The translations under genes were made by a program, and so were the position numbers. From an uncultured Collinsella sp. (GTDB lineage: Bacteria > Actinomycetota > Coriobacteriia > Coriobacteriales > Coriobacteriaceae): a stretch of 64,000 nt of DNA. Positions 52,326 through 62,767 of this stretch are shown here, piece by piece (the first letter of the stretch is position 1; every line of letters starts with the position of its first letter). Location: assembly GCA_900551815.1 (NCBI GenBank), contig URXE01000001.1, positions 3,948-67,947 of the forward strand, written 5' to 3'. A model generated the notes under the pieces. That model searched no databases and had not been told where the DNA came from. It saw only the letters and a list, made by a program, of their open reading frames with translations.

Positions 52326-53120
52326 ATGCTCGTTTATGTTCGCGGCGCCGGCGATATCGCCACGGGCGTCGCCGCTCGCTTGGTGCGCGCCGGCGTGTCG
52401 GTCGTCATGGCCGATATCGCGGTTCCCACGTGCATCCGTCGCACAATCAGTTTTTGCGAGGCCATTCGCCTGGGCGAGGTCGAGGTCGAGGGCATTTGCG
52501 CTCGCTTGGCACAGACGCCGGCTGAGGCGCTTGCAATTACCGAGGCTGGAGACGTCGCCGTTGTGGTGGACCCCCAGGCCAAGATGCTCGGCGAGCTGAA
52601 ACCCGCTGCCGTGGTCGACGCGATTCTGGCTAAGCGCAACCTGGGTACCACGCGCGACATGGCGCCTGCCGTCATCGCCGTGGGGCCGGGCTTTACCGCG
52701 CCGGTTGACTGCGACGCCGTGGTCGAAACCATGCGCGGGCATTTCCTGGGCCGTGTCATTACCCAGGGTTCGCCCCAACCCAACACGGGCGTGCCGGGCA
52801 TTATCGCTGGCTATGGCAGAGAGCGCGTTATCCACAGCCCCGCCGCCGGCGTGTTTCGGTCCGACCGCGCGATCGGCGACATCGTGAGCGCCGGAGACGT
52901 GATTGGCTACGCGGGCGATTCGCCCATGTGCACGCAGATCGATGGCTGTCTGCGCGGGCTTTTGGCGAACGGCGTGCAGGTGACTGAGGGCTTTAAATGC
53001 GCCGATGTCGATCCGCGCGGCGATGCCAGCTATATCAACTACATTTCGGACAAGGCGACGTCGGTCGGCGGCGGTGTGCTCGAGGCACTCGCCATGCTCA
53101 CCGGTGTATTCCAGGGATAG
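52326..53120 (+). CDS. yqeB: Selenium-dependent molybdenum hydroxylase system protein YqeB
   Basis: VRGAGDIATG, DAILAKRNLGT, ETMRGHFLG, DVDPR. Confidence 0.9.
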   Translation: MLVYVRGAGDIATGVAARLVRAGVSVVMADIAVPTCIRRTISFCEAIRLGEVEVEGICARLAQTPAEALAITEAGDVAVVVDPQAKMLGELKPAAVVDAILAKRNLGTTRDMAPAVIAVGPGFTAPVDCDAVVETMRGHFLGRVITQGSPQPNTGVPGIIAGYGRERVIHSPAAGVFRSDRAIGDIVSAGDVIGYAGDSPMCTQIDGCLRGLLANGVQVTEGFKCADVDPRGDASYINYISDKATSVGGGVLEALAMLTGVFQG

Positions 53121-53129
53121 GAAATTGCA

Positions 53130-54173
53130 ATGGAAAAGCTCGATGTGGTGAATGCTGCGCTTGCCGCCCTGCGTGCTGGCGAGACGTGCGAGCTCGTGGT
53201 CGTGGCCGGCACGGCGGGGTCGTCGCCGCGCGGCGTGGGCGCCTGGATGGCCGTCTTTGCTGACGATGGCCAGGCGGGCACTATCGGCGGCGGCAAGATT
53301 GAGCTCTTTGTGCTGGATGAGGCGCGCGAACTCCTGAGCGCGGGACAGTCGCGTCTGGTCCGCTACACCATGGGCGGCGAGAACTCCGATACCGGCATGA
53401 TCTGCGGCGGAGCCATCTGCCTGTGCTATCTGCACCTGGACGCGACCAAGGTACCGTTGCTCCAGTCGGTTGCCGACGTCTTGGCCTATCGGCGCATCGG
53501 CGACTTCGTCATCGACTTTGAACCGTTTATCGCGAGCGCGCTCGAGGGCGATGTGGCCGAGTACCATGGCGAGGAATCGCGCCGCACCATTGCGGGCTGC
53601 CCCGGGCTTTCGCTGGTGGAGGAGGGGAGTAAGGTCACCTACACCAACGCGGCCTCTGAGATTCCCGCGGCGCACATCGAGACGCTCTGCCCCGAGGGCC
53701 TGACCTATATCTTTGGCTGCGGCCACGTGGGCGCCGCGACGGCGCGGGTGCTTACGGCGGCGGGCTTTGCCGTCGTGGCGTGCGACGACCGCCCCGGCAC
53801 GCTGACCCCCGATTGGGTGCCCGGTGTCTACGACCGTCGTCTGGTCGACTACAAGAGCCTGAGCAAGCAGTGCCCCATCGGCCCGCGCGACCTGGTGGTC
53901 GTCGCCACGGCGGGTCACAAGTCCGATATCGACGTGGTGATTCAGGCCATGCGTGCCAAACCCGCCTATCTGGGCTGCTTGGGCTCGCGTCGCAAGACGG
54001 CCTTTGTGCGCGCCCGCTTGGAGCAGGAGGGCTTCACGCAGGAGCAGATCGACGAGCTGCACCTGCCGATCGGCGTTGCCATCGAGGCCGAGGATCCCGA
54101 GGAGATTGCCATCTCCATCGCCGCCGAGATGATTCACCTGCGCCGCACCAAACTCGTCCCCCGCAAGCGCTAA
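53130..54173 (+). CDS. xdhC: XdhC/CoxI family Moco insertion chaperone
   Basis: GSSPR, GTIGGG, MICGG, FGCGHV, GSRRK, PEEIAISIAAE. Confidence 0.88.
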   Translation: MEKLDVVNAALAALRAGETCELVVVAGTAGSSPRGVGAWMAVFADDGQAGTIGGGKIELFVLDEARELLSAGQSRLVRYTMGGENSDTGMICGGAICLCYLHLDATKVPLLQSVADVLAYRRIGDFVIDFEPFIASALEGDVAEYHGEESRRTIAGCPGLSLVEEGSKVTYTNAASEIPAAHIETLCPEGLTYIFGCGHVGAATARVLTAAGFAVVACDDRPGTLTPDWVPGVYDRRLVDYKSLSKQCPIGPRDLVVVATAGHKSDIDVVIQAMRAKPAYLGCLGSRRKTAFVRARLEQEGFTQEQIDELHLPIGVAIEAEDPEEIAISIAAEMIHLRRTKLVPRKR

Positions 54174-54191
54174 TCGCATCCCCACCAATTA

Positions 54192-54258
54192 AGTTGCGGT
54201 GAAATACGGATTGTTTAAGCCTGTTAGGCCGCCCAACAGTCCCTATTTCACCGCAACT
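54192..54258. repeat. Degenerate second copy of the 51400 inverted repeat
   Basis: AGTTGCGGTGAAATACGGATTGTT ... AACAGTCCCTATTTCACCGCAACT. Confidence 0.82.
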
Positions 54259-54319
54259 GCTTTTTGGGACCCATTTGTGCGGGGGAGTTGTGGAGTTGTG
54301 CAGGCAGACGAGGTTTTTC

Positions 54320-54348
54320 TGGAAATACGCACCCAATGCGCGTATAGT
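54320..54348 (+). promoter_or_regulatory. Putative sigma-A promoter for rplE
   Basis: TGGAAA-N17-TATAGT. Confidence 0.55.
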
Positions 54349-54485
54349 ACCGATTGTTTTGTCGGCTCCTGCTGCGTCGAGTCCAAACCGCGAAATGCCA
54401 TGAGCGGCGCGGATGCAGCCAGGAGGCACGAGGACAACCCATCGTGGCCACGCCCCGTGCTTAAAACCCCAAGAAGGAGTGAACA

Positions 54486-55043
54486 ATGGCAGAAGAGAAG
54501 TATGTGCCGCGTCTGAAGACCAAGTACAACAACGAGGTCAAGCAGCAGCTTCAGGACAAGTTCCAGTACGAGAACGTCATGATGATCCCCAAGTTTGAGA
54601 AGATCGTCGTGAACATGGGTGTCGGCGAGGCCGCTACCGATTCCAAGGCCATCGACGGTGCCGTGCGCGACCTGCGCGCCATCACCGGCCAGCAGCCGAT
54701 GATCACCCGTGCCCGCAAGTCCATCGCTACCTTCCGCCTGCGCGCTGGTATGCCGATCGGCTGCAAGGTTACCCTGCGTGGCGACCGTATGTGGGAGTTC
54801 TTCGATCGTCTGACCTCCGTCGCGATCCCCCGTATCCGCGACTTCCGCGGCATCTCCGCCAAGAGCTTCGACGGCCGTGGTAACTTCTCCATGGGCGTCA
54901 CCGAGCAGCTCATCTTCCCCGAGATCGACTTCGACTCCGTCGATCACCAGCGCGGTATGGACATCACTTTCGTGACCACCGCCAATACCGATGAGGAGGC
55001 TAAGGCCCTTCTGGACGCCTTCGGTTTCCCGTTCAAGAAATAG
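54486..55043 (+). CDS. rplE: 50S protein L5
   Basis: [21 protein letters not shown]. Confidence 0.97.
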   Translation: MAEEKYVPRLKTKYNNEVKQQLQDKFQYENVMMIPKFEKIVVNMGVGEAATDSKAIDGAVRDLRAITGQQPMITRARKSIATFRLRAGMPIGCKVTLRGDRMWEFFDRLTSVAIPRIRDFRGISAKSFDGRGNFSMGVTEQLIFPEIDFDSVDHQRGMDITFVTTANTDEEAKALLDAFGFPFKK

Positions 55044-55122
55044 GTTCACCTGCCCTATAAGCGCCGTTCCCACAAGGGGGCGGCGCTTGGGGCGAACAAT
55101 ACTCTATGTGAGGAGGATATAA

Positions 55123-55308
55123 GTGGCTAAGACATCGATGATCGTCAAGTGCAATCGCAAGCAGAAGTTCTCTACTCGTGAGTACACGCGCTGCCAGCGC
55201 TGCGGCCGTCCGCACTCTGTGTACCGCAAGTTCGGCCTGTGCCGTGTCTGTTTCCGCGAGCTTGCACTCAAGGGCGAGCTTCCCGGCGTTAAGAAGGCCA
55301 GCTGGTAA
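55123..55308 (+). CDS. rpsN: 30S protein S14 type Z (zinc-binding)
   Basis: CQRCGR...[15 protein letters not shown]. Confidence 0.96.
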   Translation: MAKTSMIVKCNRKQKFSTREYTRCQRCGRPHSVYRKFGLCRVCFRELALKGELPGVKKASW

Positions 55309-55427
55309 GTCACTACCAGCGTTTCAAGCATCAGTTTGGAACAGGGAAAACGCGCTAAAAAGGCTTTGCCGTTAAGGGCGGCGAAGAACCAAGAGCACGT
55401 GTTCATCAAGAACGAAGGAGAATCTGT

Positions 55428-55826
55428 ATGAACCTTACAGACCCGATCGCAGATATGCTTACGCGCATCCGTAACGCTAACTCTGTGAACAAGGCCACGG
55501 TCTCCATGCCGAGCAGCAAGAAGCTCGTCGAGATCGCTCGTGTTCTGCACGAGGAGGGCTACATCGAGGGCTACGATGTCGAGGACACCGTTCCCCAGAA
55601 GACTCTGCACATCACGCTTAAGTATGGTCCCAAGAAGGCTAAGGTCATCAACGGCATCCGCCGCATTTCCAAGCCGGGCCTGCGTAAGTATACCGGCGTT
55701 GCCGACATGCCCCGCGTCCGCGGTGGCCTTGGTACCGCCATTATTTCCACCAGCCATGGCGTCATGACCGACCGCGATGCTCGCAAGCACAACGTCGGCG
55801 GCGAGATCATCGCTTACGTCTGGTAA
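55428..55826 (+). CDS. rpsH: 30S protein S8
   Basis: [20 protein letters not shown]. Confidence 0.97.
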   Translation: MNLTDPIADMLTRIRNANSVNKATVSMPSSKKLVEIARVLHEEGYIEGYDVEDTVPQKTLHITLKYGPKKAKVINGIRRISKPGLRKYTGVADMPRVRGGLGTAIISTSHGVMTDRDARKHNVGGEIIAYVW

Positions 55827-55859
55827 TTCGCTCGGTAGGTAGAAGGAAAGGAGATCACC

Positions 55860-56396
55860 GTGTCTCGTATCGGTAATAAGCCTGTCCAGATTCCCGCCGG
55901 AGTCGAAGTGGCAGTCAACGGCAACAACGTTGTCGTCAAGGGCCCCAAGGGCCAGCTCGAGCTCGATGTCTTTGAGAAGCTCGCTATCAACGTCGAGGAC
56001 AGCGTCCTCACCGTTTCCCGTCCCGACGACGAGCGTGAGACCCGTGCCCGCCACGGCCTCACCCGCGCCCTCATCCACAACATGGTTGTTGGCGTTTCCG
56101 AGGGCTTCGAGAAGAAGCTCGAGCTCGCCGGCGTCGGTTACCGCGTGCAGCAGAAGGGCAAGAACCTCGAGTTCTCCCTGGGCTTCTCGCACCCCGTGAT
56201 CGTCGAGGCTCCCGAGGGCATCACCTTCGAGGTTCCCGACAACACCCACGTGAACGTCAAGGGTATCAACAAGCAGCAGGTCGGTCAGATCGCCGCTGAG
56301 ATCCGCGGCCATCGTCCTCCCGAGCCTTACAAGGGCAAGGGTATCCACTACGTTGGCGAGCACATCCGCCGCAAGCTGGGTAAGGCCGCCAAGTAG
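55860..56396 (+). CDS. rplF: 50S protein L6
   Basis: [17 protein letters not shown]. Confidence 0.97.
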   Translation: MSRIGNKPVQIPAGVEVAVNGNNVVVKGPKGQLELDVFEKLAINVEDSVLTVSRPDDERETRARHGLTRALIHNMVVGVSEGFEKKLELAGVGYRVQQKGKNLEFSLGFSHPVIVEAPEGITFEVPDNTHVNVKGINKQQVGQIAAEIRGHRPPEPYKGKGIHYVGEHIRRKLGKAAK

Positions 56397-56471
56397 TCGT
56401 AACCGACTCACTCGCATAAGACCAGCACCCCGTCAGGTGCTGGCAAGATCAACCTTTTTAGGAGTTTACGT

Positions 56472-56840
56472 ATGAACAAGCATAAGGCGAAGCTGGAAGG
56501 CCTCAAGCGTCGTCAGCGTCGTGTTCGCGGCAAGGTCTCGGGTACCTCCGAGCGTCCGCGTCTTCGCGTGACCCGTACTAACGCCAACATCTATGCCCAG
56601 ATCATCGACGACAGCAAGGGCTCCAGCCTGACGCTCGTCTCTGCCTCGACCCTCGAGGCCGAGTTCAAGGGCACCCACACCTCGAACAAGGAGGCTGCGG
56701 AGAAGGTCGGTCAGCTCGTTGGCAAGCGCGCCATCGAGGCCGGCATCACCAAGGTCGCCTTCGATCGCGGTGGCCGTATCTACCATGGCCGCGTCAAGGC
56801 CCTCGCCGACGGTGCTCGTGCCGCCGGTCTCGAGTTCTAG
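56472..56840 (+). CDS. rplR: 50S protein L18
   Basis: RPRL, FDRGG..YHGRV. Confidence 0.97.
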   Translation: MNKHKAKLEGLKRRQRRVRGKVSGTSERPRLRVTRTNANIYAQIIDDSKGSSLTLVSASTLEAEFKGTHTSNKEAAEKVGQLVGKRAIEAGITKVAFDRGGRIYHGRVKALADGARAAGLEF

Positions 56841-56854
56841 GAGGTATGTAGCAC

Positions 56855-57379
56855 ATGGCTCGTAATCAGAAGCAGCAGCGCGAGGCCTCCGAGTTCGAGG
56901 AGCGCGTCGTTTACATCAACCGCGTGTCGAAGACCGTCAAGGGTGGTCGTCGCATGAGCCTCGTCGCTCTCGTCGTCGTTGGCGACGGCAAGGGCAACGT
57001 CGGCGTTGGCATGGGCAAGTCCGCTGAGGTGCCCATGGCCATCTCCAAGGCATCTCTCGATGCCAAGAAGAACATGTTCCACGTGCCGGTGACCGAGCAG
57101 GGCACCATCCCGCACGAGGTTCTCGGCCACTTTGGTGCCGGCCGCATCATCATCAAGCCCGCTGTCGAGGGTACCGGCGTTATCGCCGGCGGCGCTGTGC
57201 GTCCCCTCTTTGAGCTTGCTGGCATCAAGAACGTCCTGTCCAAGTCCCTCGGTACCGACAACGGCCTCAACATCATCAAGGCTGCCGTCGAGGGCCTCAA
57301 GGAGCTCTCCAGCCCTGAGGACGTCGCGGCTCGCCGTGGCCTGACGGTCTCCGAGATGTTCGTCGGTAAGGAGAACTAA
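56855..57379 (+). CDS. rpsE: 30S protein S5
   Basis: [18 protein letters not shown]. Confidence 0.97.
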   Translation: MARNQKQQREASEFEERVVYINRVSKTVKGGRRMSLVALVVVGDGKGNVGVGMGKSAEVPMAISKASLDAKKNMFHVPVTEQGTIPHEVLGHFGAGRIIIKPAVEGTGVIAGGAVRPLFELAGIKNVLSKSLGTDNGLNIIKAAVEGLKELSSPEDVAARRGLTVSEMFVGKEN

Positions 57380-57381
57380 GC

Positions 57382-57564
57382 ATGGCTGACACCATCAAGA
57401 TCAAGCAGGTCCGCAGCACCAACGGTTGCAAGCAGGACCAGGTCCGTACTGTCCGTGCCCTCGGTCTCCACAGGATCCGCGAGGTTCGCGAGATTGCTGA
57501 CAACGAGTCCGTCCGCGGCATGATCTTCAAGGTCAAGCACCTTGTCGAGATTGTAGAGGAGTAG
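57382..57564 (+). CDS. rpmD: 50S protein L30
   Basis: TVRALGL, GMIFKVKHLV. Confidence 0.95.
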   Translation: MADTIKIKQVRSTNGCKQDQVRTVRALGLHRIREVREIADNESVRGMIFKVKHLVEIVEE

Positions 57565-57567
57565 CAA

Positions 57568-58017
57568 ATGCAGCTTCACGATCTTACTCCCGCGCCCGGT
57601 TCCACCAAGAACCGCAAGCGCGTCGGCCGTGGCAATTCTTCGGGTCACGGCACCACTTCTGGCCGCGGCCAGAAGGGCCAGGGTTCCCGCTCTGGCGGCA
57701 CCAAGGGTGCCGGCTTCGAGGGTGGCCAGACTCCGCTGGCTATGCGCCTGCCCAAGCTTCCGGGCTTCCGTAACCCCCGTCGTATCGAGTACACCGCTGT
57801 TAACGTTGAGCGTCTCGAGCGTAAGTTCGAGGACGGCGCTGTGATCGACGGTGCCGCTCTTAAGGCCGCTCGCATCACCAAGAGCGAGTTCGAGCCCGTC
57901 AAGGTGCTCGGCAATGGTGAGCTCACCAAGAAGTTCACGGTCAAGGTCGACAAGGTCAGCGCTTCTGCGCAGGCCAAGATCGAGGCCGCCGGCGGAAAGG
58001 TCGAGCTGCCGTGCTAA
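57568..58017 (+). CDS. rplO: 50S protein L15
   Basis: [14 protein letters not shown]. Confidence 0.97.
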   Translation: MQLHDLTPAPGSTKNRKRVGRGNSSGHGTTSGRGQKGQGSRSGGTKGAGFEGGQTPLAMRLPKLPGFRNPRRIEYTAVNVERLERKFEDGAVIDGAALKAARITKSEFEPVKVLGNGELTKKFTVKVDKVSASAQAKIEAAGGKVELPC

Positions 58018-59297
58018 ATGGTCTTAAGAATGCTTTCCGCATCAAAGAATTGCGCGAAAAGATTCTTTTTACCATAGCTATGCTCGTCGTGTACCGCATT
58101 GGTGCGCACGTTCCTGTGCCCGGCATTCCCTTCCAGGGGATGCTGGGCCTTTTCTCGACCGATAACAATTCGGTCGCCGCAGGTGCTATGGCCCTCCTGA
58201 ATCTTTTCTCTGGCGGCGCGTTGAGCTATGTGTCGGTGTTTTCGCTGGGCATCATGCCTTACATCACCAGCTCGATCATCCTCCAGATGCTCCAGGCCGT
58301 TGTGCCTTCCCTGCATGAGCTTGCCCGCGAGGGCGAGGTCGGTCAGACCAAGATTACGCAGTATTCGCGTTACCTCACCCTGGCTCTGGCAATCCTCAAC
58401 TCCGTGGGTTACCTCTTCCTCTTTAAGAGCTTCGGCATCAGCTTTAATGGCGCCGGTGCTCCCGAGATTATCTTCGACCTCATGATCGTCGGCACGCTCA
58501 CCGCGGGCGCCATGCTGATCATGTGGATTGGTGAGCTCATCACCCAGCGCGGTATCGGCAATGGCATGTCGCTGATCATCTTTGCGAACATCATGGCCGG
58601 TCTGCCGCAGGCTATCTTCTCCAGCACCGAGGGCAATGCCGGTGGCATCATCACCATGGTGATCATCTGCGCCATCATCCTGCTGGTTATCCCGCTGATT
58701 GTTTTCCTTGAGCGCGGCCAGCGCCGCATCCCGGTCTCCTACGCTAAGCGCGTCGTGGGCCGTCGCATGATGGGTGGTCAGACCACCTACCTGCCCATCA
58801 AGGTCAACACTGCGGGTGTCGTGCCGATCATCTTCGCTTCGGCGCTGCTGTACTTCCCGGCTCAGATTGCCGTGTTCTTCCCCGGCATCGGCTGGATCCA
58901 GGCAGTTGCCTCTGCGCTTTCGCGCGGCTGGCTCAACTGGGTGCTTAACGTTGTCCTCATCGTGTTTTTCGCGTACTTCTACACCTCCATGGTGTTCAAC
59001 CCCGATGACACGGCCGACAACCTTAAGAAGCAGGGCGGCTTTATTCCGGGCGTGCGTCCGGGTAGGGCTACCGCGGCCTACATCAAGAACGCGCTCAACA
59101 AGATTACGCTTCCCAGTGCTGTCTTTTTGGCGCTCATCGCCATCGTGCCTTCGATCATCTTCTCCTTCACGGGTAACCATCTGATCCAGGCATTTGGCGG
59201 CACGTCCATCCTCATCATGGTCGGCGTCGTGCTCGACACGGTCGATAAGCTCGAAGGCCAGATCAAGATGTATGATTACGATGGATTCTTTAAATAG
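58011..59297 (+). CDS. secY: Preprotein translocase SecY
   Basis: [29 protein letters not shown]. Confidence 0.97.
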   Translation: MLNGLKNAFRIKELREKILFTIAMLVVYRIGAHVPVPGIPFQGMLGLFSTDNNSVAAGAMALLNLFSGGALSYVSVFSLGIMPYITSSIILQMLQAVVPSLHELAREGEVGQTKITQYSRYLTLALAILNSVGYLFLFKSFGISFNGAGAPEIIFDLMIVGTLTAGAMLIMWIGELITQRGIGNGMSLIIFANIMAGLPQAIFSSTEGNAGGIITMVIICAIILLVIPLIVFLERGQRRIPVSYAKRVVGRRMMGGQTTYLPIKVNTAGVVPIIFASALLYFPAQIAVFFPGIGWIQAVASALSRGWLNWVLNVVLIVFFAYFYTSMVFNPDDTADNLKKQGGFIPGVRPGRATAAYIKNALNKITLPSAVFLALIAIVPSIIFSFTGNHLIQAFGGTSILIMVGVVLDTVDKLEGQIKMYDYDGFFK

Positions 59298-59315
59298 GCT
59301 AGAGGAGGATTGCTC

Positions 59316-59942
59316 ATGAACCTCGTATTGCTCGGAGCTCCGGGTGCCGGTAAGGGCACCGTCGCACAGGAGCTCGTCGCCGAGTTTGGCGTCGCCCATA
59401 TTTCCACGGGCGACCTGCTGCGTGCTGCCGTCAAGGGTGGCACCGAGCTTGGTATTCAGGCTAAGAAGTACATGGACGCTGGCGAGCTCGTTCCCGACCA
59501 GCTCGTGATCGACCTTGTCAAGGAGCGCCTTGCCGCCGATGACGCCCAGCAGGGCTTCATCCTCGACGGCTTCCCGCGCAACACCGCCCAGGCCGTGACG
59601 CTCGATTCCGAGCTCTCCGCCATGGGTCGCGAGATCGACTGCGCCCTTCTGGTCGATGTGGCCCCCGAGGTCATTATCGATCGTCTGTCTTCGCGTCGCA
59701 CCTGCCGCGCCTGCGGTTACACCGGCACCGCTGCCGATGCTACCTGCCCCAAGTGTGGCGGCGAGATGTATCAGCGCGACGACGACAAGCCCGAGACCAT
59801 CAAGAACCGTCTCGACGTCTACGAGAAGTCCACGAGCCCGCTCGTCGACTACTATCGTGGCCAGGGTCTGCTCAAGTCGGTCAACGGTGACCAGGCTCGC
59901 GAGACCGTGTACGGGGATGTCAAAGAGGCTCTCGGTCTATGA
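59316..59942 (+). CDS. adk: Adenylate kinase
   Basis: GAPGAGKGT, LDGFPR, Cys4 LID. Confidence 0.96.
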   Translation: MNLVLLGAPGAGKGTVAQELVAEFGVAHISTGDLLRAAVKGGTELGIQAKKYMDAGELVPDQLVIDLVKERLAADDAQQGFILDGFPRNTAQAVTLDSELSAMGREIDCALLVDVAPEVIIDRLSSRRTCRACGYTGTAADATCPKCGGEMYQRDDDKPETIKNRLDVYEKSTSPLVDYYRGQGLLKSVNGDQARETVYGDVKEALGL

Positions 59943-60727
59943 TCAAGATTAAGTCTGCAACGCAAATCGAGCAGATGAAGAAGGCAGGAGCGCTATCTAA
60001 GATGGCGCTCCGCCACGTTGGAGCCATGGTGCGCCCCGGCGTTTCGACTTTTGAGCTCGATCAACTCGCGGAGCAGATTATCCGCATGCATGGTGGCATC
60101 CCAACCTTTAAGGGTTACGGCGGGTTTCCCGGAACCATTTGCGCATCGATTAACGATGCCGTGGTACACGGTATTCCCAACCCCGACATGATCCTGCGCG
60201 ATGGCGATATCATCTCCATCGATACGGGAGCCGTTGTCGACGGTTGGGTCGGCGATAACGCTTGGACGTTTTTCGTCGGCACCCCCACGCCCGAAGCCAA
60301 GGCTTTGTGCGAGATCACGCGCGATTGCCTTAAGGCTGCCATCGAGCAGGCTGTTCCCGGTAACCATATCGGGGACGTCGGTTATGCCGTTCAGTCCCTC
60401 GCCGAGTCTCACGGTTACGGCGTGCTTCGCGATTATGTGGGCCATGGCATTGGCCGCGTGATGCACGAGGACCCCAACGTTCCTAACTATGGAAAGAAGG
60501 GGAGGGGCGTTCGCCTCCAGGCCGGCATGGTCATTGCCATCGAGCCGATGGTTACGATGGGTTCCAACCATGTGAGCACGGGCTCCGACGGTTGGATCGT
60601 CACGACCAACGACCACCTGCCCGCCGCGCACTACGAGAACACCGTCGCCATTACCAATGACGGCCCGGTGATTCTCACCACGGATGCGCAAGGTGCTTGG
60701 TGTTCGCTCCAAGGCGGAGAAATGTAA
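59939..60727 (+). CDS. map: Methionine aminopeptidase type I
   Basis: VVHGIP, GHGIG..MHEDP, IEPM, HYENT. Confidence 0.96.
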   Translation: MIKIKSATQIEQMKKAGALSKMALRHVGAMVRPGVSTFELDQLAEQIIRMHGGIPTFKGYGGFPGTICASINDAVVHGIPNPDMILRDGDIISIDTGAVVDGWVGDNAWTFFVGTPTPEAKALCEITRDCLKAAIEQAVPGNHIGDVGYAVQSLAESHGYGVLRDYVGHGIGRVMHEDPNVPNYGKKGRGVRLQAGMVIAIEPMVTMGSNHVSTGSDGWIVTTNDHLPAAHYENTVAITNDGPVILTTDAQGAWCSLQGGEM

Positions 60728-60831
60728 CAAGTTCCACTTAGTTGTGGAGCCATTACGAAGTTATTACGATGCGTGCATACGTGTTGTAGAATACTCAATC
60801 GCTGTCGTTTTCTAGAGAAAGATGATTGCTT

Positions 60832-61050
60832 GTGAAGAAGGAAGACGCAATTGAGCTCGAGGGTACGGTAAAGGAACCGTTGCCCAACGCCATGTTTAGG
60901 GTCGAGCTCGAGAACGGTCATTCGGTTCTGTGCAACATTTCTGGCAAGATCCGAATGAATTACATCCGCATTCTCCCCGGTGACAGGGTTGTCGTGGAGC
61001 TTTCCCCGTACGACCTGACCCGCGGCCGCATCACCTATCGCTATAAATAG
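60832..61050 (+). CDS. infA: Translation initiation factor IF-1
   Basis: [18 protein letters not shown]. Confidence 0.96.
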   Translation: MKKEDAIELEGTVKEPLPNAMFRVELENGHSVLCNISGKIRMNYIRILPGDRVVVELSPYDLTRGRITYRYK

Positions 61051-61197
61051 CGGCACGCATACACGCTCTTTTCCGACTGCAGGCTTAGCTCAACCTACGG
61101 TCGGTTTGCGTGTGAAGACCAGCCATAGTTTTAAACGCCTGCGGCTGGGCGAGTAGATAGTAGGGAAGTAGTTTGAGCGCTACCGAAAGGAAGAACG

Positions 61198-61311
61198 ATG
61201 AAGGTACGTCCTTCGGTCAAGAAGATGTGCGATAAGTGCAAAATCATTAGGCGCCATGGCAAGGTTCTCGTCATTTGCGAGAACCCCCGTCATAAGCAGC
61301 GTCAGGGTTAA
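61198..61311 (+). CDS. rpmJ: 50S protein L36
   Basis: Manual translation [37 protein letters not shown]. Confidence 0.96.
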   Translation: MKVRPSVKKMCDKCKIIRRHGKVLVICENPRHKQRQG

Positions 61312-61325
61312 GAGAGGAGACTACG

Positions 61326-61700
61326 TTGGCCCGTATTAATGGTGTCGACCTCCCGCGTGAGAAGCGCGTTGAGATCGGTCTGACCTACATTTACGGCATC
61401 GGCCGCACCACTGCGACGAAGATTTGCGTCGAGTGCAACGTTAACGTGGATACGCGCGTTAAGGACCTCACCGAGGATGAGGTTAACGCCATCCGCGATT
61501 ATATCGATAAGAATCAGATCATGGTTGAGGGCGACCTCCGCCGTGAGCGCAACCAGAACGTCAAGCGCCTTATGGACATCGGCTGCAACCGCGGCCTTCG
61601 TCACCGCAAGGGCCTCCCGGTCCGCGGCCAGCGCACCCACACTAACGCTCGTACCCGCAAGGGCCCGAAGCGTCAGATCGGTGCTAAGAAGAAGAAATAA
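61326..61700 (+). CDS. rpsM: 30S protein S13
   Basis: [21 protein letters not shown]. Confidence 0.97.
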   Translation: MARINGVDLPREKRVEIGLTYIYGIGRTTATKICVECNVNVDTRVKDLTEDEVNAIRDYIDKNQIMVEGDLRRERNQNVKRLMDIGCNRGLRHRKGLPVRGQRTHTNARTRKGPKRQIGAKKKK

Positions 61701-61714
61701 GGAGCGCTAGATAG

Positions 61715-62119
61715 ATGGCTACTGCTAAGAAGAACGTTCGCGCTGCCCGTCTGAAGCGCGCGGACCGTAAGAACATTTCCGTGGGCCAGGCTCACATTCG
61801 TTCTACGTTCAACAACACGATCGTTTCGATCACCGATCCCCAGGGCAACGTCATTTCCTGGAAGTCGGCTGGCCAGGTGGGCTTCAAGGGCTCCCGTAAG
61901 TCCACGCCGTTCGCTGCCCAGATGGCTGCCGAGGCTGCTGCCAAGCAGGCCATGGAGCACGGTATGAAGAAGGTTTCCGTCTTCGTCAAGGGCCCCGGCT
62001 CCGGTCGTGAGACCGCCATTCGCTCCCTCCAGGCTGCTGGCCTCGAGGTCTCGAGCATCCAGGACAAGACCCCCATTCCGCACAACGGCTGCCGCCCCAA
62101 GAAGCGTCGCCGCGTGTAA
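61715..62119 (+). CDS. rpsK: 30S protein S11
   Basis: STFNNT, PHNGCRP. Confidence 0.97.
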   Translation: MATAKKNVRAARLKRADRKNISVGQAHIRSTFNNTIVSITDPQGNVISWKSAGQVGFKGSRKSTPFAAQMAAEAAAKQAMEHGMKKVSVFVKGPGSGRETAIRSLQAAGLEVSSIQDKTPIPHNGCRPKKRRRV

Positions 62120-62138
62120 CTGAAAGGATCGTATCAAT

Positions 62139-62735
62139 ATGGCAATCGACAGGACTCCTGTTCTTAAGCGCTGCCGTCAGCTCGGGATCGATCCCGCTGA
62201 GCTCGGTTACAGCAGCAAGAAGGAATCTATCCGTCAGCCCAAGCGCCGTCGCAAGGAATCTGAGTACGGCATGCAGCTGCGTGAGAAGCAGAAGGTTAAG
62301 TTCATCTATGGCGTTCTGGAGAAGCAGTTCCACGGCTACTTCAACAAGGCCCGTAAGATGAACGGCGTCACCGGTGAGAACCTCATGATCATCCTTGAGT
62401 CTCGCCTCGACAACGTCGTCTTCCGTCTTGGCTTCGCCCGCACCCGCAAAGAGGCTCGTCAGTCCGTCCGTCACGGTCACTTCACCGTGAACGGTAAGCG
62501 CGTGGACATTCCGTCCTACCGCGTCAAGGCCGGCGACGTCGTCGCTGTCGGCGAGAAGTTCCGTGACCTCCTCCCCATCAAGGAGGCTCTGATTTCCTCC
62601 GAGCGCTTTGAGGTCCCTGGCTGGCTCGAGGTCGATATCGAGAAGCTGTCTGGTAACGTGCTCGCTCTGCCGACGCGTGAGCAGATCAGCGGTGATATCA
62701 ACGAGCAGCTCATCGTCGAGCTCTACTCTAAGTAG
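62139..62735 (+). CDS. rpsD: 30S protein S4
   Basis: LREKQK, LESRLDNVV, VELYSK. Confidence 0.97.
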   Translation: MAIDRTPVLKRCRQLGIDPAELGYSSKKESIRQPKRRRKESEYGMQLREKQKVKFIYGVLEKQFHGYFNKARKMNGVTGENLMIILESRLDNVVFRLGFARTRKEARQSVRHGHFTVNGKRVDIPSYRVKAGDVVAVGEKFRDLLPIKEALISSERFEVPGWLEVDIEKLSGNVLALPTREQISGDINEQLIVELYSK

Positions 62736-62767
62736 TCCATCCGGGCTGCTGAGGCTGGAGGTAATAC

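Noticed and set aside
19163..54485. Prophage/ICE explanation for the 35-kb block
   Set aside because: No integrase, transposase, relaxase or phage gene and no att-like repeat at the outer ends; codon usage mostly host-like
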